DNA from: a virus
Lineage: Duplodnaviria > Heunggongvirae > Uroviricota > Caudoviricetes
Direction: 5' to 3' (one strand)
Length of the DNA: 15,333 nucleotides
IMG/VR virus record: IMGVR_UViG_3300010283_000228
Span: 1 to 15,333 of that record
Positions 6,596 to 13,802 of the stretch are shown here, piece by piece (within the stretch, counting starts at the first letter, position 1; each line of letters begins with the position of its first letter). The notes beneath the pieces were generated by a model. It was not told the DNA's origin and ran no database searches. It saw only the letters and a list, made by a program, of their open reading frames with translations. Made by a program: the position numbers and the translations under genes.

Positions 6596-6933
6596 AACTG
6601 TCTACCAACTGTCTACCGATATAATTGATTGATTTATTTAATGTTATTAACACATAACAAAAAAACAATCTGCAAACTGTCTACCAACGGTCTACCGCAT
6701 TAATACATTGATAATTAATGATTTTTACTAAATGGTAGACAGTGTAGACAGTTAAAAGAGAAATTTAAAAAATGCCCCCTTAACTATCTGTTTTTTATAT
6801 ACCCCCCGTGGTTTAGGAATATAGAAATAACTGTCTACCTCTCTACCACATTGAAAATATCTTTATAATTCAAAATATTAATTGGTAGATGGTTGGTAGA
6901 GGGTTAAGTGAATCTGTCTACCAACCGTCTACC
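6596..6933. repeat. iteron array (about 12 copies of AACTGTCTACC in direct and inverted pairs) with AT-rich spacers; candidate replication origin
   Basis: Tandem direct pairs at 6596-6617, 6675-6696, 6829-6847 and 6914-6933; inverted pairs GGTAGACAGTGTAGACAG at 6734-6751 and GGTAGATGGTTGGTAGAG at 6884-6900; AT-rich stretches between. Lies immediately 3' of the primase gene. Confidence 0.75.
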
Positions 6934-6960
6934 TTTACGTTTCAGCTTATAAATTTCGTA

Positions 6961-8766
6961 TTATGTTCTGTCGTTAATCCCTGTAGCTGCTGGCAACCAG
7001 CCATCAGCATCATCATCTAACAGAACATTTGTTATCACTCGCCCTTTATCCGGGCCTTTAGTGCATTTAGCCCGCTTATACTCCTTTCCGTATTCCGCCA
7101 TAGCTCCTGGCATATCAGTACCAAAGCGTGTCAGTGATACTGGTTTTCCCAGGCCATGCGCTGACATATAGGCTAAATAAGCATGATACAGGTATCGCCT
7201 CGGGCTAAATGGCACTATTTCCGCATTGCCCACCATCATTCCTTCACATTTAACCAACGACATCAGATAGCCGCAAAAGTCCACCAGTGAATCACCTTCG
7301 CGCTTTATCAACAGCGCTTCTTCTGATTTTTGCTGCTCATAAAGTAGTCTTTTAGCTTCGTCCTGGTCGGTAAATCGTGTTAGCAAATGGCGAATCACTA
7401 CCGCCAGTTCGCCTTCTATCTTTTCCGCCAGCATGGGATCGCGTTCGTTCTCCGGTACGACCTCAGAGAAATTAAATATCACCCTACGACGCGAGATCCC
7501 CCCGCTTCGGTCACTGAATGACATGGCGTTATTGTTTACCGCAAGCACTACTGCCGGAATACGTGTGGAGTAGGGGGCTTTATGTTTCGGATCAATTGCC
7601 ACCTTGTCGCCGCCAGTAATTGCCTTAATTCCTGCACCATCGCCAGCGTAGCGAGTCATATCCGGCATGATAATCAGCGAAAAGCCAACTACTAACGCGC
7701 GTTCCCTTGCGTCTTCCAGAGCCTTCATGCTTGCCGATACTGTGTTGGCCTTACCCGCCAGCATGGTACAAATCTCAGCCATCACACTTTTACCGCTTCC
7801 GCCTGGGCCTGTTACCTCAAGGAATAACTGCCAGTCGTACCGGTTCGCCAGCACCATGAATAATGCCGCCAGTACGCGATCAGCTTTACGATCATTATCT
7901 GCCACCGAACGACGCAGCCACTTCCAGAAATTCGGCGCATGTGTTGCCAGCGTTTCCCCCTCTGCTGGTGGGCTGAACGGTAATTCACTGGCATTTAACA
8001 ACCAGTCATTTTTGTTATGCTCCCGAAAATTTCCCGTCCGGGTATCAAATACCCCGTTACTGAATCCAATAAGATTCCTGTCTGCCCCGCCCATAACAGG
8101 CAGGCTCAATTTCATTGTGTCTACGGCAAATTTAATGGCGTTTTGCGAATAACTGATTCCAGCATCAATAAAAATCTTCGCCATAGACCGCTGGAGTTCC
8201 TTATCAGATACAGGCACCCAGACAATTCCGTTGTAATGGTGAACTACATCAGAATCATCATTTATAGCCAGTGCTCTTCCATAATATTCAAGTAACACTT
8301 CCCCTCTCTGGCTGGCTCCCATCTGATTTAGTGCTGGCCTGGATAGGTCAATATTTTTTGTGGCTAATTTCATCGCTGAAACTTCCCCACTCTCTGCCTG
8401 TTCGCGGATCCGTTGCAGGTAGTCGCGCCAGTTTTCCGGCTCCCGGTCGGTGATACCTTTGTATAATTTCGCGTCCTGTACACCAGCCAGCGCCAGCTTT
8501 TCAGCAATAGCATTGATCTGGATTGGCTCTATCTCCCCCGCGAGATAGACACGTGCAAAGCGGCGTTTCTCGTCAATAATGCGGATATTCGCCAGGTCTG
8601 CCAGTTGCTTTGGCCCCAGATAAACAGGTGGCACGTTATCGCCGTGTTTTCGTCCTTCGCTTTCAATCCAGTGTTGAGCATGGGCGTAAGCATCCGTCCC
8701 GGCAAAAATGATTACCTCGGTGAATTTATCCTTCGGCTGATATTTTAAATTCGGTGCGTTTTTCAC
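6961..8766 (-). CDS. P4 alpha-like phage/plasmid primase-helicase (replication initiator), 601 aa
   Basis: Walker A GPGGSGKS in the C-terminal half. Overall resemblance to P4-family primase C-terminal regions is from memory of that family. GTG start at 8766 overlaps the upstream TGA, with GGGGAGG about 8 nt upstream. Confidence 0.88.
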   Translation of the reverse strand: MKNAPNLKYQPKDKFTEVIIFAGTDAYAHAQHWIESEGRKHGDNVPPVYLGPKQLADLANIRIIDEKRRFARVYLAGEIEPIQINAIAEKLALAGVQDAKLYKGITDREPENWRDYLQRIREQAESGEVSAMKLATKNIDLSRPALNQMGASQRGEVLLEYYGRALAINDDSDVVHHYNGIVWVPVSDKELQRSMAKIFIDAGISYSQNAIKFAVDTMKLSLPVMGGADRNLIGFSNGVFDTRTGNFREHNKNDWLLNASELPFSPPAEGETLATHAPNFWKWLRRSVADNDRKADRVLAALFMVLANRYDWQLFLEVTGPGGSGKSVMAEICTMLAGKANTVSASMKALEDARERALVVGFSLIIMPDMTRYAGDGAGIKAITGGDKVAIDPKHKAPYSTRIPAVVLAVNNNAMSFSDRSGGISRRRVIFNFSEVVPENERDPMLAEKIEGELAVVIRHLLTRFTDQDEAKRLLYEQQKSEEALLIKREGDSLVDFCGYLMSLVKCEGMMVGNAEIVPFSPRRYLYHAYLAYMSAHGLGKPVSLTRFGTDMPGAMAEYGKEYKRAKCTKGPDKGRVITNVLLDDDADGWLPAATGINDRT

Positions 8767-9077
8767 TTCTTACCTCCCCGCTCACGAATAATTTCACGTA
8801 CTGTCCTGATGCGTTCCGCGCCCGTGACGCTCATGATTTTGTCTATGTCGCTTAATTCTGCTGGTGGCGCTTTACTTACCAGGATGAATTCCCTTTCAAA
8901 GCGCATATGTGACGACACGCAGGGATGCGCATAACCTTTGCGGATATAGGTCACGCGAAAATCATCGACGGTTTTAATCGTTATCGTGCCGCCGTATTTA
9001 TCCCGGAAAATATCGCCGGGACGAATTTCAGGCCGAGAGAGACCGCTGACAGTAAAGCCAGAATTTTTCAGTTTCAT
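8763..9077 (-). CDS. hypothetical protein, 104 aa, coupled to the primase gene
   Basis: AGGAAA about 8 nt upstream of the ATG at 9077; stop overlaps the primase start. Protein-like basic composition. Confidence 0.6.
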   Translation of the reverse strand: MKLKNSGFTVSGLSRPEIRPGDIFRDKYGGTITIKTVDDFRVTYIRKGYAHPCVSSHMRFEREFILVSKAPPAELSDIDKIMSVTGAERIRTVREIIRERGGKK

Positions 9078-9081
9078 GGTT

Positions 9082-9282
9082 TTATTTTCCTGTCAGCAGT
9101 TCCGGTTTTATTTCTGCACGAATACAGAGTTCAGAAAAAAATTCAGGAGAACCAACAATCTCATTACTTTTCAGTCGGCGTTGTGATTTCACTTTCCCTT
9201 TATCCAGGTAAACCAGTACGCGTCCGGTGAAATCATCTGGCACATTAAGCACTACGGGTACATGCGCTTCATGATTATGCAT
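9082..9282 (-). CDS. hypothetical protein, 66 aa
   Basis: GGAGGA 8 nt upstream of the ATG; the start lies in an ATGCATAA stop/start overlap with the upstream gene. Confidence 0.55.
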   Translation of the reverse strand: MHNHEAHVPVVLNVPDDFTGRVLVYLDKGKVKSQRRLKSNEIVGSPEFFSELCIRAEIKPELLTGK

Positions 9283-9508
9283 GGCTTACATCCTCCGTGA
9301 ATTTTCTTCTGTAACGCGTCTCTGCCACATATTCCGCATAGTCCGACGCAATACTAAGAATCATTTCACCCTCTGACTTGTAGCCACTGGTATTGATAAG
9401 AAAATATGCAGCTTTCATCATGTCAGCAACGCTCAACAATGCGCCCGCTGCATCTTCCGGTGCGCCATCAAATTCCCGTTTCAGGGAATTAAAACGATCA
9501 TCACGCAT
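9275..9508 (-). CDS. hypothetical protein, 78 aa
   Basis: Chosen start is the internal ATG at 9508 (MRDDRF...), which has AGGGGGG 5 nt upstream and sits 2 nt after the upstream stop. The longer track ORF (start 9586) would overlap the upstream gene. Confidence 0.5.
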   Translation of the reverse strand: MRDDRFNSLKREFDGAPEDAAGALLSVADMMKAAYFLINTSGYKSEGEMILSIASDYAEYVAETRYRRKFTEDVSHA

Positions 9509-9510
9509 GT

Positions 9511-9867
9511 TTACCCCCCCTGAATGACCTGATAACCGCAACTGGTCAGCAATTCGATAAATTCCGGCAGTGTGCCGAAACAGCAATCATCACGCAGACG
9601 TTCGCGGGATACTTCAACGCCGTTTTCGTAGTGACTCACCATGCGTCCGGTAAAATGCAGATCATCATCGTGATGGCACGTTGACGGCTTAATCAGTCGC
9701 GCACGTTCCGCCAGTTCCAGCAATGCTTCAACGCTTCCGGCAATTGCACCATCCGGCAGGTGATAATTACTTACCACGCGTCCATTCTCCACGTTGACCA
9801 GTAGCTGCCCGGAAAATATCTCGTCAAACTGAATGCTGTTAAGGTCAGAAATTGACAGGTTATGCAT
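9511..9867 (-). CDS. hypothetical protein, 118 aa
   Basis: Start at the ATG at 9867 (MHNLSISD...), with AGGAGG 6 nt upstream and the ATGCATAA overlap with the upstream stop. Confidence 0.55.
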   Translation of the reverse strand: MHNLSISDLNSIQFDEIFSGQLLVNVENGRVVSNYHLPDGAIAGSVEALLELAERARLIKPSTCHHDDDLHFTGRMVSHYENGVEVSRERLRDDCCFGTLPEFIELLTSCGYQVIQGG

Positions 9868-10084
9868 GGTGCACCTCCTGTACATCAGCCATGATAATTT
9901 TTCCGGCCTTATCCAGTGCCTGATCGGCTTTCAGCTGCACAAATGCTAAATAATGGGAGATGCATTCTGATTCTCTGGCTGCGTGTTTATGCGCCACACC
10001 AGCGATAGCAGAAATCTCAATAAGTGAATCCATCAGCGTTTTGATAGCGTCTACCGCTGCATCAGGCCATGTTGCATTACACAT
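9860..10084 (-). CDS. hypothetical protein, 74 aa
   Basis: AGGAGGTGG upstream of the ATG at 10084; ATGTGTAA overlap with the upstream stop. Confidence 0.55.
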   Translation of the reverse strand: MCNATWPDAAVDAIKTLMDSLIEISAIAGVAHKHAARESECISHYLAFVQLKADQALDKAGKIIMADVQEVHHA

Positions 10085-10442
10085 GCTCCACCTCCTGGCG
10101 AATACGGGCAGCGAATACCATCACGCAGCCATCAGGAGATTGCTGGCGTGCTTCCTGTTCGCTGGTGGCCTCGATGTGAATCACGCGCGGTTGTGCCGTA
10201 CTCAGGGCGATAAAACGCCAGATAAAATTGTTTTCGCATTTCTGAATAAACAACGTGTTTTCTTCGCGCCCTTTCCATGTTGCCGAGATATAGCCCATGT
10301 CATTGAGCATCTCGCAGGCATCAACCAGCGTATCGGCGGCTACATGAACAGTGTTTTTACCGTCAGCCATGCAATCACGGTGCACCGCCAAGAAGGTGTA
10401 TATAAATTTAGGGTGAGTTTGGGTATGCTGTGCCCCAGCCAT
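10077..10442 (-). CDS. hypothetical protein, 121 aa (first gene of the leftward small-gene/primase operon)
   Basis: Internal ATG at 10442 with GAGGT 7 nt upstream, located just inside the divergent promoter region. It is the C-terminal in-frame part of the 512-codon track ORF. Confidence 0.45.
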   Translation of the reverse strand: MAGAQHTQTHPKFIYTFLAVHRDCMADGKNTVHVAADTLVDACEMLNDMGYISATWKGREENTLFIQKCENNFIWRFIALSTAQPRVIHIEATSEQEARQQSPDGCVMVFAARIRQEVEHV

Positions 10443-11615
10443 AATCGTTACCTCATTTAACGGTTTGGTTAGACGCCCCGCTACTGCCGCAAACAGTTCG
10501 GGGCGTTGTCGTTTATATCCTCTTACTGAGGTGTGATTTAAATTAAATTTAACTGAATCACAGGTCAAGTATTTTTTGTGATTCTTTTTTGTGTATACTG
10601 AATCACATCTTTTGTTTAGGAGAATGCACATGGCAAAAAACACTATCAACGACAAATCAAAACAGATTTCAATTCGTATCCCACATGATGCTTTTGAAGG
10701 CATGGAATCCGTAAAACTGGACGGCGAAAGCAACGCCGGATTCATAGTAACCGCCATGCGTGGTGAGATCGCCCGCCGCCAGGCAGAAGGAAGCGGAGAA
10801 AATCCCCTGGTTTCTTCGCTCAATGCACTGGCGCAGGTGGAAAAAATCGGAGTCAAAGCTGTCGAGGAGATCGGGCAGCTCGTCACCGTCGCACGTGAAG
10901 AACTCCAGCGCCGCAAGGCCAAAGAATCAGAATAATAACTATCATCGCCGTGGTGTGAGGAACTCCGGCGCATTGCTTTACAGGTACACAGAATGACCAA
11001 CAAAGAATCGACCAATACACCATCACCGGCACGGAAAAGACAGCGCAGAAAGATAACGTACGAATATGAGTCAGACAGATTCGCGCCCTGTGCGTTTATC
11101 CTTGAGAAATTCCTTAAAGAGTACAGGCGCACAAAAATGGGGTCGCATACCTGGAAAACATCGCGGCATGGCAATGTTAAAGAGCAGGAATAGCCCACCA
11201 GCAAGCCAACACACTGATCACATTGCCCACCAGCCGCAAATCTGGCATTGTTGGCGATGTGTTCAAGTGTGTAGCTTTCCCACTGGTGGCCCTCTGCGGT
11301 CGCCTTTGTTTTATCCAGAACGAAATTAGACATCAGATTGATCATCACCTTGCGACCTGACAAAATCGCATCAGTCGCGCCACCAGCAAAATTTTTTGCT
11401 TTCCGGACAGCGTGACCAACGACATTTTGCAGCAAAATATTCTGCATTTCTGGCGTGCTGTAGTAACGGTGATCAGCGCCTTCACTCTGTGCGACCACAA
11501 CGCTATAATCTGCCTCGTAGACAGTAAGCAATATGGCGCAGTAGGCTATTCGTTCACAAAGGCGCTCCGGCAACGGGGCGCTTTCTCTTTTTGTAACGGT
11601 CAGAGCGTTACACAT
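10077..11615 (-). CDS. 512-codon open frame; real translation start at 11615 but middle section probably not a genuine protein
   Basis: ATG at 11615 has GGAGGA upstream and the same ATGTGTAA stop/start overlap as the other coupled genes. The first ~140 codons look protein-like. The middle ~250 codons are Ser/Cys/Arg-rich and run antisense through the RHH gene and the AT-rich promoter region. No in-frame stop before 10077. Confidence 0.3.
   Translation of the reverse strand: MCNALTVTKRESAPLPERLCERIAYCAILLTVYEADYSVVVAQSEGADHRYYSTPEMQNILLQNVVGHAVRKAKNFAGGATDAILSGRKVMINLMSNFVLDKTKATAEGHQWESYTLEHIANNARFAAGGQCDQCVGLLVGYSCSLTLPCRDVFQVCDPIFVRLYSLRNFSRINAQGANLSDSYSYVIFLRCLFRAGDGVLVDSLLVILCTCKAMRRSSSHHGDDSYYSDSLALRRWSSSRATVTSCPISSTALTPIFSTCASALSEETRGFSPLPSAWRRAISPRMAVTMNPALLSPSSFTDSMPSKASCGIRIEICFDLSLIVFFAMCILLNKRCDSVYTKKNHKKYLTCDSVKFNLNHTSVRGYKRQRPELFAAVAGRLTKPLNEVTIMAGAQHTQTHPKFIYTFLAVHRDCMADGKNTVHVAADTLVDACEMLNDMGYISATWKGREENTLFIQKCENNFIWRFIALSTAQPRVIHIEATSEQEARQQSPDGCVMVFAARIRQEVEHV
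10533..10607. promoter_or_regulatory. divergent promoter region with two operator-like inverted repeats TGTGATT-N16-AATCACA
   Basis: TGTGATT at 10533 and 10578, AATCACA at 10556 and 10601, giving operators centred about 45 bp apart. A TATACT -10-like hexamer at 10594-10599 overlaps the second operator, upstream of the plus-strand RHH gene. Confidence 0.5.
10630..10935 (+). CDS. Arc/CopG-type ribbon-helix-helix DNA-binding protein, 101 aa (candidate island repressor)
   Basis: TAGGAGA Shine-Dalgarno 6 nt upstream of the ATG at 10630. KQISIRIPHDAFEGMESVKLDGE followed by SNAGFIVTAMRGEI fits the strand-helix-helix pattern of Arc-like repressors. Coiled-coil-like C-terminal half. Only plus-strand gene in the island, directly after the operator repeats. 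Confidence 0.55.
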   Translation: MAKNTINDKSKQISIRIPHDAFEGMESVKLDGESNAGFIVTAMRGEIARRQAEGSGENPLVSSLNALAQVEKIGVKAVEEIGQLVTVAREELQRRKAKESE

Positions 11616-12456
11616 GGCTGTTTTCCTCCATGCGACGGGCTAACCAACGCTGCGAAAGACGAATTAATTCAGCTTTCCGCTGGTGGTAGTCCAGGCCTAA
11701 CTCAATCAGCGTGATATTGCTCTGCTCAAGGTAAGAAAGGTGCTCAAGCTGCAACGTGCTCATGTGGTCGCGTGGTTCGCCTGTGATGCCGTTCGCCTGC
11801 GTCCACTGTTTTGCAGTCATGCCACCCAGCACGATACGCGCCAGCATATTGGCTTCCGTGGTGTAGTGGTGCTGGAGTGTGTTTTTACCCAGTTCAGCCC
11901 GGTACGCCTCCAGCGCGGCACACATCGGCTTAAAGTAGCTGGCAACGGAGATACGGGCTTTCAGTTCCCGGCGTAACGCTGCGGAACGCACTGGCGCTAC
12001 CTTGTGTAGCTCCTCCTCGCATTTGATGAAGTACTGACGAACGGCGCGGCCCTGTTCGGTGCGCTCGACCATCGCCAGTTCTTTCGCCATGTTCGTGGAG
12101 ATCAAATAGTCTTCACTGCGACGATCACCGCCGCGCTTTGTTGTCCAATCAAAATCAAACTGTTCAATATTTACACTTTGGTTCCCCCGTTTCGGGGAAT
12201 CAAAGTACAAATTATCTACAACTTCAAAATCCACGCCCTTTTTAAATCCGTACTCATCAATGCGTCCTTTAATCCAGGTTGTGAAATCACGCTTCACACC
12301 CAGCGCCTTATGCAACGCTCTGGCGCTAACAATATTGGTTTCACGTCCGCCAATAACGCCGGAAATAACCGGGATAATTTCGCCGAAATTTTGCAGATTC
12401 TGGTTTTCAGGCCGAACGAAGCCCTGCCCCTGTACGGGCGTTTTTCGCTGTTTCAT
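11608..12456 (-). CDS. phage antirepressor-like protein (AntA/Bro-N plus KilA-C-like regions), 282 aa
   Basis: AGGAG 5 nt upstream of the ATG at 12456. SARALHKALGVKRDFTTWIKGRI and later NMAKELAMVERTEQGRAVRQYFIKCEE resemble remembered antirepressor-domain signatures. Confidence 0.75.
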   Translation of the reverse strand: MKQRKTPVQGQGFVRPENQNLQNFGEIIPVISGVIGGRETNIVSARALHKALGVKRDFTTWIKGRIDEYGFKKGVDFEVVDNLYFDSPKRGNQSVNIEQFDFDWTTKRGGDRRSEDYLISTNMAKELAMVERTEQGRAVRQYFIKCEEELHKVAPVRSAALRRELKARISVASYFKPMCAALEAYRAELGKNTLQHHYTTEANMLARIVLGGMTAKQWTQANGITGEPRDHMSTLQLEHLSYLEQSNITLIELGLDYHQRKAELIRLSQRWLARRMEENSHV

Positions 12457-12534
12457 AAAAACTCCTGCTATCGAATTAAGTTACTTTTTATTTGCTGGTG
12501 GATAGTTGGGGCTTCTGGCCCCGTAGCCATTTAA

Positions 12535-12732
12535 TCAGGTAGCTGTTCCGCGTGATTCCGCAATACGCTGATTAATCCACTCGTCAATTTCACTCTCAAC
12601 GAAAGCAATAGCTCGCGAGCCAATTTTAACTGATGCAGGAAATTTACCTTGCCCCATAAGGCGATAAATCCATGCCTTGCTATATCCAGTTCTACGCTGA
12701 ACTTCCGTTAAACGAATAAGAGAGTTTGCCAT
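12535..12732 (-). CDS. alpA: AlpA-family prophage transcriptional regulator, 65 aa
   Basis: MANSLIRLTEVQRRTGYSKAWIYRLMGQGKFPASVKIGSRAIAFVESEIDEWI is the characteristic AlpA-type HTH. AAGGTGA 4 nt upstream of the ATG. Confidence 0.85.
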   Translation of the reverse strand: MANSLIRLTEVQRRTGYSKAWIYRLMGQGKFPASVKIGSRAIAFVESEIDEWINQRIAESRGTAT

Positions 12733-12987
12733 ATATTCACCTTGTAACGTCTATAAAGGTGTACATAGCTTGCATTAAGAAAAGTGATATTTATAGATGC
12801 TTACCATTATGAATGGCGAATACCATTTCAGTGAAATAGCTCCACCTTTTTTTAATAATGGCGTTTACTATTTTAAGTATCATGCTGACGTGAAACACGA
12901 AGAAAAATTACTGTTCTTACGATTTAATCTGCATTGGTGGTTACTTTTTTTTGAAAGGAAACCACCATTTTTCTGGAATAGCGACCA

Positions 12988-13704
12988 CTATTTAACTTTT
13001 TGTTTTTTTGGTCTTCTACCAATACGCTTCAGATGTTCAGGCCTTAAAATCAGATTCACAGCCCTAGCAACATTAGAACCCGCCCCCCTTTTTTTCAAAT
13101 ATTCAAGTACCTCATGCTCTGTCGGAGCCGTCTGTGGGTCATCTGGGTCATACGTCGACCATAGTTCTCTTATAGCATCCTGCACATACTCCAACCCATC
13201 ACTCTTATGCCCATAAGTACACAAATACTCGTCAGGATTAATTACCTGATGAGATGATTCAATGATTGCTGGCGGATTAACTTCCTTAACAGGTATAGGG
13301 CGAGGGCATCTCGCAAAATCAACGCTCTCATTTTTTATCCACTCATATAAAGAATGGCGACTAATTAAAGTTTTATCCTTGCTTATCTCATATGCACGAT
13401 CGGTCAGTTGCGCTGATGTCAGACGTTTGTACTCAATATCACAAACATTTCCCCAATTATCGTATTCAACTATTTCAGAGGTACATTCAACAGGAGTTAA
13501 GACACCACGACGGATGGCTGTTACCATTCCATTAGCCAACCCCCATGCCATTTTCCAACGTTCATGTTTATTATCTCTGACATGTTCAAGAGTAGGGTAA
13601 TCATAAGGATCAATTCCGGCCAACAATAAAGCGGCCTGGGTGATAGAAAACTCCTGTACTGTTCGCCAGTGGGATAAGTCAGGAATGTTTTCCACAATTG
13701 GCAT
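12988..13704 (-). CDS. hypothetical protein, 238 aa, in the variable slot between integrase and alpA
   Basis: Chosen start is the ATG at 13704 (MPIVENI...) with AAGGGGGAG 5 nt upstream; the track start at 13719 is a TTG. Basic C-terminal tail RIGRRPKKQKVK. No recognisable motif. Confidence 0.7.
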   Translation of the reverse strand: MPIVENIPDLSHWRTVQEFSITQAALLLAGIDPYDYPTLEHVRDNKHERWKMAWGLANGMVTAIRRGVLTPVECTSEIVEYDNWGNVCDIEYKRLTSAQLTDRAYEISKDKTLISRHSLYEWIKNESVDFARCPRPIPVKEVNPPAIIESSHQVINPDEYLCTYGHKSDGLEYVQDAIRELWSTYDPDDPQTAPTEHEVLEYLKKRGAGSNVARAVNLILRPEHLKRIGRRPKKQKVK

Positions 13705-13802
13705 ATTCTCCCCCTTCAAGCGGTCTAATGTTAAGGCCGAGCCAGCTCTGTTTGCATCAGCCTTTTTAGGTGCTCAAAGTCTACTACTGTATACTCAACC
13801 AG

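Noticed and set aside
2471-6933. CRISPR array or IS element as explanation for the two repeat arrays
   Set aside because: Repeat units are 7-16 bp with irregular spacing and mixed orientation, there are no uniform spacers, and no transposase or cas-like ORFs are present; iteron or binding-site arrays fit better.
7667-8453. ORFs inside the primase gene (7667-8152 +, 7812-7994 -, 8017-8295 +, 8271-8453 +)
   Set aside because: All overlap a long, motif-supported gene; shadow ORFs.
8925-10460. Plus-strand ORFs 8925-9230, 8986-9186 and 9960-10460
   Set aside because: Antisense to the tightly coupled minus-strand small-gene array.
10993-11193. 66-aa plus-strand ORF downstream of the RHH gene
   Set aside because: No convincing Shine-Dalgarno; lies inside the ambiguous region covered by the long minus-strand frame. 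Kept as unresolved rather than called.
11066-12534. Plus-strand ORFs 11066-11329, 11412-11714, 11740-11976, 12178-12534 and 12260-12505
   Set aside because: Antisense to the antirepressor-like gene and the gene starting at 11615; low-complexity translations.
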